Part shown: positions 40,137 to 54,738 of the stretch, in pieces
Position numbering within the stretch: position 1 is the first letter of the stretch
How the letters are laid out: each line of letters begins with the position of its first letter
Assembly (NCBI GenBank): GCA_040954595.2
Contig: CM082586.2
Span: 3,764,349 to 3,828,348, forward strand
Source: Balanoglossus misakiensis
Lineage: Eukaryota > Animalia > Hemichordata
Length of the DNA: 64,000 nucleotides
Direction of reading: 5' to 3'
Position numbers and translations under genes: made by a program
Notes under the pieces: model-generated
What the model saw: the letters and a program-made list of their open reading frames with translations, nothing else
Database searches by the model: none
Told to the model about the DNA's origin: nothing

Positions 40137-41109
40137 ATGGCTGCCGCCATATGCTCAGCTGGGGCGAGTACGATGAGAAGCCATTTCAAATCAACCTGTA
40201 AACTCTTACAGGTAAGTGGATCCATAAGTCTAGGGTGCGCTTACTCAAGTGGGGCGCATCAATTGTTATTGTGTGTGGGAATTTGCTGCGGGTCCGTAGC
40301 CCTACCACTTAATCGCCTGTGAGTTGATGGCAAGTGCGAATGAGATGAGGCCAACTGCTTTACCATAGCTACCACACAACCATTTGGTTGGTTGGTTGTT
40401 GTTTTCTAGAAGTCAAAATGGTAACTTTTGACATGTTTTATGCAAGGTTTAGTACGTTATTATAGTCACGTGACAAGTCAACATACATTTCTCCTGTGAC
40501 ACCTTTCAACAGGTATGCTGCCAGAACATCTTTCAGCCAGCCACTCACGGCCAAGTTCCCATGACAACACCTGTCAGGACTTACTATGCAGATTGGCGAA
40601 TGTTGAGGGATGTGAAACGAAGACGGGCAGTCAAAGACTATGCTGTTCAGCGACTTCGGATGAATTCCTTAAGAAAGAACAATATCTTGCCGAAAGAACT
40701 TAGGGTAAATAGTTATACCATAGACAGTACTTCTGTACTGAACATCTATTCATCCTGGCCACATGAAATATCAAAAGAACTTCTATAAACAAGACATCTT
40801 TGCAAACCGAAGAAGTATCTCTCCCCTTGTGTACAGTTTAAATGGGTTTACAGTATATATCACATTGTTTTTGGTTCTTGAAGGTTTGAAGCTTTGCCAT
40901 GACAACATGTCTTTTTTTAACTACAGGAAGTAGCAGATCAAGAAATTCAAGCCATGCCCAGGGACAGCAGTACTGTCAGAATTAGAGGGCGCTGTGCCAT
41001 AACGTCCAGGCCCAGGGGTGTCGTACCCAGATGGCGTCTCAGTCGTATACAGTTCAGAATGCTGGCAGATGCAAATCAGATGTCTGGTGTCATCAGGGCT
41101 AGTTGGTGA
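40137..41109 (+). CDS. MRPS14: Mitochondrial ribosomal protein S14 (uS14m); exons 40137-40211, 40513-40704, 40927-41109
   Basis: Spliced protein [17 protein letters not shown]...[64 protein letters not shown]...SGVIRASW*. The N-terminus looks like a presequence; AATAAA near 41329. Confidence 0.95.
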
Positions 41110-41922
41110 TTGATAGGAGAGGGTGCTCTGTGGTCTCATTTTTGGCTTTTCAATGTCAGCTGAGAGGGACACTGTACATTGATCAACATGCACTTCTGAA
41201 AAATGCAAGGCAGAGTCTGTAAAAGTATTACAACTGGCACAGCTTTTGCTGAAGAAAAAAAATTATTCTTCATATGAACTTGTGAAGTTTCAGGCACTAG
41301 TGTCCCTGACATTGTAAAAGATTGTGTGAATAAAAGTATTTATAATGAAAGGAGATCCTGATTTGTTATGTCTCAGACATCATTTTATCGTGCAGTCAAA
41401 AATGTTGGACTTGAACACCCATTGCTTGAGGTGTTTTCTGTGAGCGACGTACAGGCTTTCCATTCACCTGGAAAAATCATAGACCCTAGAGAGGGTCTAT
41501 GGATAAATCAGTCCGTATTGGTAGAGACCATATGAAACAACGTGTTGGGACTCGTCAGATAATTTAAATTTTGTCCATAATTGAGGTATGTACGAGCATG
41601 CAGGTACGAGGTGCTGCCATTTCAGAACAGATAATTTAAATTCTGTCTATTATTGATAGTCAATATACATACTAGTAAAATTTATGCGTCGGGACTCGCT
41701 CTCAAAGTCTGAAAACGACATTTTGTCCGACTGCAGATGTTACGTGTTGCCATCTCTTATTACCTCCATGGTTTTACTTGCACAGATAGTGACTATACAA
41801 CATAGACCGGGTCCCATAAAATCTCTCGAAATCGCGCCATATGGGTCTATGGGTATACTAATGGCAGTACATCTGTGATGTAATGTTGGAAGACAAAAAA
41901 AGTTGCCTCCCATGGCGACCTT

Positions 41923-42864
41923 TTAACACCCGTTTCACACTTTAGGGGAAGCTGTTACTTTCTCGTTAGCGGTTTCTTCACACCTGTTTGAAAGAGTGGT
42001 GCATGCAGGAATCCACACAAAGCTTACTTTACATAGATGTGGGTGTATAACCTGGTAAAAGTCAACAGTATTCAGATGCATAGATCTTTTTCACCTATGG
42101 AAAGGGAAAATCCTTGACTACCACGCGCACTTGAGCGAAGTTTTCTTTTCTTTTTCGCAAGATAACCTTATTTCTTCATATACGTCCAATATTCGCCAGG
42201 CGTATTCATGATTTAATTTTAAAACAAACTTTCGCGCTGTTGCCGAGCATTTGGGTAGGGTTTCTCGAGGTCGACAGTATCTCCGTGTTGGGTAAGCGAA
42301 CAAGGTAATAAAGCTAAAACTCAGTTTCGAAGAACGACGGTTCGTGTTAATTTTAGTGGTGATGGCGAAACTCATCCCTAGTACCTCCATGATAGTTCTG
42401 AGACTGTGAACGCACTATTGGTATTCCTCAATATTCACAGCTTGGCCAAGCGCATTTGGGATGGACATCACACCTTTACAGAAAGAGAAAAGTTAAATAT
42501 TTGATTCATGTTTATAATTAGCTCTTTGTTGGCACAAAAACTATACGGCGTCAATCAGTCGATGGGCGAACGAATGCTGGTGTTCATAGCAAACTTTTTA
42601 CACAAGTTTTCGACCTTGTAGAACGTTTAAAAACATACAGTTTAGGTTTCGTTAAAGATATGCGGTCATACTTGGTATCTTTAATAGATCCTTCCAACTT
42701 TCTCGGACAATTTCAAACATTTTCTTCATTTCTGTGCAGAAAGTGTCAACTGGAGATATAAAGGAGAGGCCCCAGGATCCTGTCTATATGCAAATACAAG
42801 TCAACTTCCAATCTTTTGCTGTACACATTGTTTCAATGGGTGTGAAACGGGTGTGAACGCTTAA
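41923..42864. mobile_element. Non-autonomous DNA transposon with 15-bp inverted repeats
   Basis: acacccgtttcacac (41926-41940) and gtgtgaaacgggtgt (42840-42854), with TTAA near both ends (41923, 42861). No transposase ORF. Confidence 0.5.
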
Positions 42865-43003
42865 AAAGTGTAAATCCGGCTTTTTGTGATAACCAGTTGC
42901 ACTACTGCGATAATACGGGAGTTTCTAACTTTAAATTTTTATTAAAAAAAGAATACCACTGACCATGGACGATTATTTTTTTACGAGTACCGTGTACGTC
43001 CAC

Positions 43004-43007
<4 letters not shown>

Positions 43008-43097
<90 letters not shown>

Positions 43098-43100
43098 CTC
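43008..43100. repeat. (CT)n microsatellite upstream of the EEF1A promoter
   Basis: Direct reading. Confidence 0.95.
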
Positions 43101-43395
43101 TTACCATTTCCATCCGCATATGAAGGTTAGAAAGTTAATGGGAATAAATGTCCAAACAAAATTGCAGCTATGACACATTCAGGCAAAGTGTGCAACAATG
43201 TAAATCCATACTCAAAGTGGACAAGAGATGTAAAACAATTCGACTTTCTACTTAAATTATTTTACTTCTCATAGATATGCCAAGTATTCCAATTTTCTGC
43301 GTTTTTCCCGCACAAACATTACACACTATACTGATTGGGAATACTTAACAAAATTACAATATTTGCATTATTTATCAGCTAAAACTTGCTGCAAC

Positions 43396-43531
43396 ATTGC
43401 GCAATCTAGCTAGGGGGTCACCTGCAATGAAGTGTGACGTCATTGTTGGGACCCCTCTACGGGTAGTATATATATACCACGTGACTTCATTTCAGCCGTC
43501 CTCTTTTACTCGTGGCACAGACGTGGTAAGT
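43396..43531 (+). promoter_or_regulatory. EEF1A core promoter and short non-coding 5'TOP first exon
   Basis: C/EBP-type palindrome ATTGCGCAAT (43396), CRE TGACGTCA (43435), TATA-like TATATATA (~43468), E-box CACGTG (43478), pyrimidine tract tcctctttt (~43499) about 30 bp after the TATA, and a GTAAGT donor at 43526. Confidence 0.75.
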
Positions 43532-44899
43532 GTAACATTTTCTACTTCGGTTCAGAATCCGTTGAAATCTTCGTCAGAAACTGAAAAATTTCGCTCAATT
43601 TCCCGGGTGGCCTGTACTAAGGTAAACCGTAATCCTTGTTTCTGTTGTTCTGTGAGAAGATGATCGAACTAGACCAGTAATTATGGCCTTATAATTCAGG
43701 ACTGTCGAAACCGGGAAGGCCATTCAAAGTCACCATGTTGGAAGTATTTCAGGCATGTGGCGAAACCAAAAGTTTCCCGAAATCTTCATGTGCCGGCCTT
43801 CGACTTGCTCATATCCAACATTTCTACTTCTGAAACACAGCTGGCTGTCTTGCTGCGGTTTGATCTGTCGAAATTTGTATGCCGTAGGCCCGTAGGAGTC
43901 TAGTAATATTCGGAAATATGTTGAAACTAACATAAGGATCTCGTTTCATTGACCAGTTACTATGGGCGTCGCACTGGCAAGTCGCTGGGTATTGCACAAC
44001 TACTTGTAATCATGGTTCATGGCTATTTGAAGATAGCAGTTTTGTAACCTGCAAGTTTTTGATAGAATCTCCCTGTATTTCTGAAGGATCGTAGAAATTT
44101 ACCACGTATCATAAAAAATGGCCGCCACGACTTGACGTTCTTGGGTGCGGCAAAAGAAACGGACAAGGCAATAGCGAAATTCCGTATCACAAAATTCTAC
44201 ACTCTAGGTGAAATTTCTTTTTTTTTGCCACAAATTCGTTGAAAGACCGCTGTGTTCAGGGTCTCTGAAGCCCAAACTGCTCTTCGATTGCCCATATTGA
44301 ACCCACGTGGTGTGGGAGATGATGTGCCGGTCTTTGTCAAGACGCACCGCCGGCGTCGGGGGGCCACTATGAGGATTTGTTAATAGTCGTTGGCCCTGGC
44401 AATTTCCCTACCTAACTCGCTGACTTTCACTTGGGAGAAGGAGAAATCGACATTTCGTCTGAAACCTTTGGCTAAACAGTTTTTGGATTTTTTGAATGGG
44501 GAATCATTGCATCTATGCTATCAAACTGCAGTAGCTTTCCAGCTTGTTCATGTTTCCTGTTTTTATGATTCACAAGTTTTAACAGTAAGATGATGCGTTC
44601 AGATTTCATTATGCATAGTCACGTGGACAGACTGGATTCATAATATGTCCGTGATATATATTTTAAAGTAGAAAGTTGTTCTGCAGTTTCAGACCTTGGG
44701 GGAAAAACTTAACAAATGCATAAGCTGACCATATTTTGTGCCCCCATAGTTTATAACAATGTAAAGAATGACTTTGTAACAAGGGGTCAAAGGCCCTTGT
44801 TTGTTGCATCACCCTATAGGATGTTGAATATTAACCACATGATGTCTGTTCTTTTCAGTTCAGTTGGCATTTTTTAAGAACTTATCAACCCCAACATAA

Positions 44900-47339
<2,440 letters not shown>

Positions 47340-48079
47340 TGGCAACTCCTCTCAGTGGATCATATATCTGGCATTGAGGATAACATTAAGCAGAAGAAAA
47401 AACGGGACACTAAAACAAATTCAATGAAATGCTATGTAAACCACATGTGCAAAAGAAATTTCAAGTCTTACGTTAGATTTATAGTTTTCTTTCTAGTCGC
47501 CTGGATTTTGACCAGTAAACAACACTGGAAACATGTTCGGCGGAAAAAGCGCCCTATTCTTTTAACGTCATTGTGCTCCCATTAAAGCCACGAGAATTTA
47601 TTCACTATATGACCATCTTTATGTTATGTGAAAAAAGCCAGCAGAAATAAAAAGAAAATCTCTGTAGAAAAATTGAAACCTTTTGCCTATTGTGTCATTT
47701 ACTTTTCAATAAATATGCAAAAACATGCATGGCAATGAGTAGTTTGTATGATGGTTATTTACTACATAATCACTAACTAGCCTTACAATTCATCAACTCA
47801 ATATTCCAATAAAATGAAAAGCAAATACAGGAAAAGAAATCACAATACAGTCACCAGTGTGCTTTGAGTCAATTTGAAGTTTACTAAAAAAAATCTTGGA
47901 GTCGCCAGTGAGTCAGTGGCTCATCATATGGGCTAAGAGGGCACACTGACAGTCAACATGCCAAAGGTGGTATATCGTACATCCAAGTCCGTCTCAAAAT
48001 ATTCAGTTATATCCAGCTGAAAGAGTGATTGTACATCCACGCACCCAGCTATCTGAGCATTTCTTGTATTACCAGCTGG

Positions 48080-49569
48080 TCAGAGATTGGCCTTCCATGC
48101 CAGGTACGTGTTCCAGAACAAAGCCACTACATTGACAACTAGGACTCTGGAAAAAGAAAAGAAAAAAATACTGATGAATGTACAGTAAAACCTGTCAAAA
48201 CCGATCCCTGTCTCATCTGGAAATCTGTCTATACTGGACACATATTCCTGTCCCTTTGACATACAAGCAAATGTTAAAGGACTTTAAAAGTCCCTTTGGT
48301 GTCCAGCCTAGATAGGTTTACTGTTACATGTTGTAACTTCCCCAAAGTGCTGTAGTGCAGTTTGCTTACCTGTGTTGGAGTGGCACAAGATAAAAATTTG
48401 CTAGCTGTACAACTGGCCAGATTTTATAACCAGTCACCAATGTATCAAGGTAATCCTAAAAGCAGGAAAATGAGATTAGTAATGTTCAACTTTTTACTGA
48501 AAATTACAAGACTGTTAAAATCTTATTGTTAAATTGACGGCATGACAATTTGTGCTCGCTAAAGAACAAACGCAAATCCGAAGCTGTACGAGAACTGAAT
48601 ACTTACTGCATGGATTTTATGTTTGACTTGCTCCACATTCATTCCACTGGCAAATGACATGGTCGTGAAGAATGTGAAAACGAAGGTCGGAGCCATCAAA
48701 ATCTGTGAAGAAATGAAAGAAACTGCATGAATATTAAGAACACAGAAAAACACCACTCATTTTATGATAAGGAAACAAGATATACAGCTTCATAAAGGGT
48801 TCAGGGTGCAAAGGGTTAAACAATGTGTCGTTTGGGGGCGCTCTTCATGCCAGGTGTGCATCACACAGAATGAATGAATGAATGAATGAATGAATTTATA
48901 TTTATGTGTATACAACACATCAATGTAGAAATAGACAGACAGGCAGACATGATTCTGCCAAGGTCATGCAATTTATAGGCTCACTTGTGAAGTGGTCACT
49001 GGTTTTTCGCAGGAAAACTCACCTGATCTGTGAGCATCTTCTTCAGTCCTGCAGTCTGTGGTCTTGAAGCTTTATAAATTCGATCTAAATATACATACCA
49101 TCCTCTCAATAAAGGGCCCTAAAGAATGAAAGGGGGCACATATCTGATGTCTATCAACCTACATTCAACTGGTTTAATATTGCCAAGTCTAATCGCTCAA
49201 TCCAGTCACAACCATCATGCACCAAAAGCCCCAGTCAAATTAACATGACAATAAACTTACTGCCACAACAAGTCCAAATACTGTCTGTCTGAAAGTTCTG
49301 TAGACATCGTGTGATTTCCCTTTCCTTTCAACCAGTTGTTGAGCAGCAACATCACCAGTGAAAAACAGAAAACCTTGAAGTGATGAAAATAAATATATGT
49401 GAGCAGTGAAATGATTCCCAGTGTTGGCTCCTTTAAAACTACTGTATTTTGTCAATATTCTTTTATATTTATACCAATGAAACTGCGGATACCTACCTGT
49501 GGAATATGCTTGAGATTTCAAAGGGTATCTGTTCACGTAGGTCATATACGATCTCCACAACCAAGCCAT
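48080..49569 (-). CDS. MPV17: Mitochondrial inner membrane protein Mpv17, ~6 coding exons
   Basis: [100 protein letters not shown]. Confidence 0.93.
48181..48325. mobile_element. Tc1/mariner-pogo-type MITE in the last MPV17 intron
   Basis: TA-CAGTAAAACCTGTC ... GATAGGTTTACTG-T imperfect TIRs, ~145 bp. Confidence 0.55.
48867..48894. repeat. (GAAT)n microsatellite
   Basis: Direct reading. Confidence 0.9.
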
Positions 49570-50498
49570 GTTTACAGTAGCTGTGACGTGAATGGGCGTG
49601 TACTGTGCAAGACTGTCTCCAGACTACTAGTATGTCCTATGTAATTCGCTGGTCTCGGTTGCCTAGGCTACGTTACATGCATGCACAGCGATGTTGATAT
49701 TTTGACCACTGTCAGCTCAGTCGCACGTTCATATTCAGAAATTAATACACTGTAAATAATTTTAAGACAAGCTCAATATGCAACGAGACAGCCAGACATG
49801 TTGATTTCTGACCACTGGGGCACTGAACACTGCTATGGACATCTCACATGTGACTAATCAGGTGACTAATGTAGGTTTCTAACTGTCGTGTTATTCACAG
49901 TCTATTCAGTCGTCCGAAATAATTTTCGATAAAATGTTACTAAAAGATAACGAATCAAATATAAAAGACTTTGATGACTTGAATACTCTGATGAACATGG
50001 TGCGTATTTTTTAACCGTTGATGAGTAAAAAAAATTAAGCGATAAAACAAAATGTGCACGTATAGATGCTTGTGGAAAATATGGACTGCAAAAGTGCACA
50101 TTAGTCCAAGTACAAAGTATGGCAGTGGCCTTTAGTCGGTTTACAATTCTTAGCTACCACACATACCGGACAGTCGCATCGTCTCTCGCTATAATGGAGT
50201 TGTATGTTTAATTTTCAGTTTTGGGGTCGTCTGCTGTCTTATTTGCATAATATGTAATATTTGTTACAGATAACATGTTATGCAATATTAGCGCTAATGA
50301 CCGGGTCGCCTAGGTGCTGGACGCAACATTGACCTCTAGACCTCAGGGGGCTATCACTTTCATCTCAAGTAACGTGTATCTGTGTTCTGTCGATCAGTGT
50401 GGTACGTGTCCTCAATCCAAAAATAGATTACCATCTCTTGGAAATCCCCACCGCCTCGATCTGTGCCTCTAGCTACGTAACGCATTATGCTAAAAAGG

Positions 50499-53400
50499 AT
50501 GGCATCGGTCGCAGCTGGAAAGGCGGTCAGACCCAAGGTCCAACTAAAGGTAGATATTTTCGAGTTCTCTCCTCTTTGATTGCGTAACCAGTATGTCAGA
50601 CGGTTTCAGTACTTCACTGGGATCAGGCAAAGTTGCAAATTTATTAAACTCAGCGCAGAAGAAACATGCAATATGTACAACACAGCGACAGTGAAGGCGG
50701 AGACCACATTCCTGTGTTGCGACCAATCACCATGTCCTATGACCGATTGTACTATACTGCACTGATGTTGTTGACAATGTGTGTTTGAAACATGTACATG
50801 GACGATTGGCCTGATTACATATGGTACAGAACTTGAAGATTATCATGACCCCTACAAAGTATTGTTAATTACAGTCGAACATGTATTAGACTCTATAGTG
50901 GCTTAGCCAAGGGACTTTCCTAAACTGGCCTTTATAGACAGGTGGCCTTTATATAGAGGTTAATTAATGCACATGTGAATTGCACAGGGACTGTAACAAA
51001 GTGGCCACTATATAGACCTGGCATTAAACTTGATGATTTTATTTTCAGGTTGAGCTTCACTGTCACTTGGATGGTAGTATTAGATGCACTACACTTTATG
51101 AGTTGGCAAAGTAAGTCAAAATATATTTCTTTATCAAATCTTCAAAGTTGTTTCTGGTCATGAGGTTTTTCCAAAAAACGGGGCAGAAATCTGGCTTGCA
51201 TTTGCTCCTTTTTTCCTTAAAGTTGTCACTCACCATCTTGCCAAGTTGACTTGGCAAGATGGTGATTGATGGCCTAGCCAGAAAAACAACTCTTGTAACC
51301 CCTCTGTTACTGTGTATATGGCCCAATGTTTCCATGGAAAACATTTAAGCAGGGTCAAACCATAGACAGTAGAGGGGGGAATGTATGGCGTGGAAGGGGT
51401 CACTTCATTGTGCACTGTTCTTATCTTACGGCCTACATTCCCTGTCATGTTCACAACTCTCAATCAACCAAGCGGAAGCCAACCTTTTGACCCGCTTTGC
51501 CTGCTCACGTAGGCTACTACTCGAATGAGGTCACATAGCTCAGTTGACACAGGCAGGCCACTCTTGGTTGGCAAAAGATAACTAAGGAGTGGCTTTTCGC
51601 GTGACCTTCATGAATCGGCAAGGTGACATTGATCTATTGTCCTCATTTCAGTACTTTTATGCTCTGTTAATTGTTTGTTAAGAGAAAGTAAAATATCAAA
51701 ATGTTTATATATGAACCAAAGACATTAAAAAGACTGAAAGGCATAATCCATGGTTGTCACATGTACATGTACATCAATTGCTTTTATTTAACAAATGCTG
51801 AATACATACTAAATATATAATACTGGTAATGATTTATTCACCCCTCCCCCCATTTAATTGTGGTGTGTCTTGCTACCTGTGTGATCACGGTTGCTATGGT
51901 GAAAGCCTAATGGGGCCATATGGATGGTCATAGACCTTTTCTGTAAGTTGCAGCTTGAATGCAAACGAGAGTAGGGCAACCATTGTGTTCAGTAACCAGG
52001 CTGTATATAACATGTGACCCCTGTGCAATGTACTAGTCTACTTTCAAAACAGATTTGACGTGATATATAACACCTTATCTTTCACCTGAAGATATACAGT
52101 CAATGTTGGTGAACTACACAAAGATAGCATATAATATAACTTGAATAGTCAAATTCAATATGTTTTTAATTTTTTAAAAATTAGTTTTTAAAGTTTGGAA
52201 TTCATGTTAAACATGCAAGGTCGTTGGAAAGCAAACATGGACATGTCTGTAGCTGTAGGCACCATCTTGCAAATTACAGTGACCCCTGTAGCTCTTGATA
52301 TCATACAGCATGTCTCTCCAGGGTCATCCCTGACATGTCTGATTACGTTATAATTTATGTATGTGTGTAAGCATGAATGGTACATTTGTGTGAACATACC
52401 GAGAGAACTGTTCTCTTTCATGTCACAAACTAAACATTGATTTCCTTCTTTCTTCAACTTCAAGGAAACACAAATCTCCTTATGGAGACAAACCATTCGA
52501 AGAGTTCAAGAAGTATGTCACGTATACAGAAATAGGAAATCTACCCAAATTTTTGAAAACGTTTGAGATCTTTCTCCCATGGGTTCTGTAAGTATCTACG
52601 CCTGCCTGAGCCTGCATGTTGAGTTTTACGTTTCACAGACAGTGATGAGGGCCTTGATATTTTCATCATTGTATTACGAATTTCAACTGATGGTCAAGCC
52701 TATTCTATCACCATGAGACAATAAGAATTCTGTGTCTGAATTTTTGAACGCACAAGGCTGTTGTCGTGTTTCTGGTAATGAATTAATGCCATCACCTGGG
52801 GTGGGCCTTTCTATGTGCTTCACTGTGTGTTGCCTCTCTGTCAATGTGCTATCTACTATTAATGCTGACAGAGGAGATAAAGAAGTCCTGAGAAGAATAG
52901 CATATGAGCTGTGCGAAGACAAGGCTAATGAAGGCGTGGCGTACATCGAAGCCAGGTACTGTCCGCATCTCTTGGCCACCGACAAAGTTCCCGAGCTGAA
53001 TCGGACCGGCGACATGAACCCACGGGAAGTGGTGGAGTGCATCAATGAGGGATTGCGACAAGGCAGCAAGGATCATGGAATTGTAGCCAAAAGCATCCTG
53101 TGCTGTTACAGAGGCTTTCCTGGTGAGAAGGGTTTATTTTCGTCCCCATGGATGGGGTCTGGAATGAAATAGATTTGGATTTGTTTGTCGCATAATGACA
53201 GTGTACTTACAATGTTTTTTTTTTCCTGTCTTGTCACATTGAAGCCTGGTCCAAAGACATAGTTGAACTGTGCAAAGAATTCCACAACGACCCTGTTGTT
53301 GGTATTGATTTGGCTGGAGATGAACAGAATATACCAATATGTCAGCAGGACATAGATGCCTTCATGGTAAGTCTTCAACCTGCTCGGTCTACTTTGGAAA

Positions 53401-54419
53401 GAAAAATGTCTCACACCAACTTCTGCTGTGCATTAACTTCAGCACACAAAATCAAAACGTGAATCTCAAAGATGAATTTTGCTTGTGTTTTCTGTCCACA
53501 GGAAGCAAAGAGGTGTGGCATACATCGCACAGTGCATGCAGGAGAGTCTGGTCCAGCCGCCAATGTGAAAGAAGCCGTGGACAGAATGGCAGCTGAGAGA
53601 ATCGGCCACGGTTACCACGTCTTCGAGGACGAAGAGTTGTACCAGAGGCTCCGAAAGGAAGGCATTCATTTCGAAGTGTGTCCGATGTCCAGTTACTACT
53701 TATCCACGATGGGAACGGACGACTGGAAAAAGCACCCAGCCGTGAGGTGAGATAATATTTTATGGCAACCTGTGTCTGCCACAAGTTATTGAGTAGTCCC
53801 AAAGTTGCAAAATGACACATTCATATTGTCTGCCCCTCCCCTCAACTCCGGATGAGAAGTACACCATCATCTCAAAGGACGCTTAATTGTTTTTTTGTCT
53901 TGCAGACTTGCAGCTGATGATGTCAGCTTTTCCCTGAACACGGATGACGACAGTGTGTTTCAGACCTCGGTGCCAAACGAATTCAAGGTGGCATACGAAA
54001 AAATGGGGCTCTCTGTTCCACAACTTGCAAAAGTTGTAAGTTTACCAATAAACTACATTGTGAAGCATGTTACTTTAACTGTAGGTTTATTTTTATGAAC
54101 ACAGCAATGACACAGTAAATAAAAACAACAGTTGCATCATCATTGAGTTATCAGCTTTATATACTGGGAGGAACAGAAGAGTTTTACAAGTATAAATACT
54201 TTGCTATTGAAAAGAAGACATGTCTAATTTGATCTTTTTTATGTTTTTTTCTGCCAGCTTTGTAATGCAGCTAGAGCAAGTTTCCTTCCTGAAGAAGAGA
54301 AGAAAGAACTGATGAAGGCGTTCCCAAACGTCCATGATCAGAAAGAGTCTGCTCTGAAGTCGCTGGTTTTGGCGAATTCCGGCTGCAACGATGCTGCACA
54401 GGTGTGCAGCAGCGAGTAG
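50499..54419 (+). CDS. ADA: Adenosine deaminase, 8 coding exons
   Basis: Exon 1 reads [13 protein letters not shown] (in-frame donors at 50538 or 50550). Then [12 protein letters not shown] (51049), [51 protein letters not shown] and [16 protein letters not shown]; TAG at 54417-54419. The Zn ligands and catalytic Glu are present. Confidence 0.93.
50870..51025. mobile_element. Pogo/Tc1-mariner-like MITE remnant in ADA intron 1
   Basis: TACAGTCGAAC start and repeated tggcctttata/ataga blocks. The right TIR is not clear. Confidence 0.4.
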
Positions 54420-54575
54420 ATCCAAACAGCGCCAACTTCAGTGTCAGGCAACTGAGGTGGTGGTAGCCATTAAAATAATGCTAAGAAAGAGTAGAGATCA
54501 TCTCTTAGAGATGTTTCTTGCTTGTTTTTTATGAAAGAAAAATCGAGTAATTGGCCTGTTGATTATCGTTGAAAA

Positions 54576-54738
54576 TAGACTCTCTCACAGCCCCTCTCGT
54601 CGTCCATGCAGGCTTATGGACTGATTGCCCGGCGAGAGGTTCGCTACACAACACCAAACGGTGCTTCTCCCTTGCCAAACGGTTGAGGGCGCGTCAGTGA
54701 AGAGCCTTGTAGCGAATCGTTGGCTGTGACAGAGTCTA
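54576..54738. mobile_element. 163-bp Academ(H)-type MITE with a perfect 9-bp target-site duplication
   Basis: TIRs TAGACTCTCTCACAGCC / GGCTGTGACAGAGTCTA (17 bp, one mismatch), TAG...CTA ends, and CGTTGAAAA on both sides (54567-54575, 54739-54747). Confidence 0.85.
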
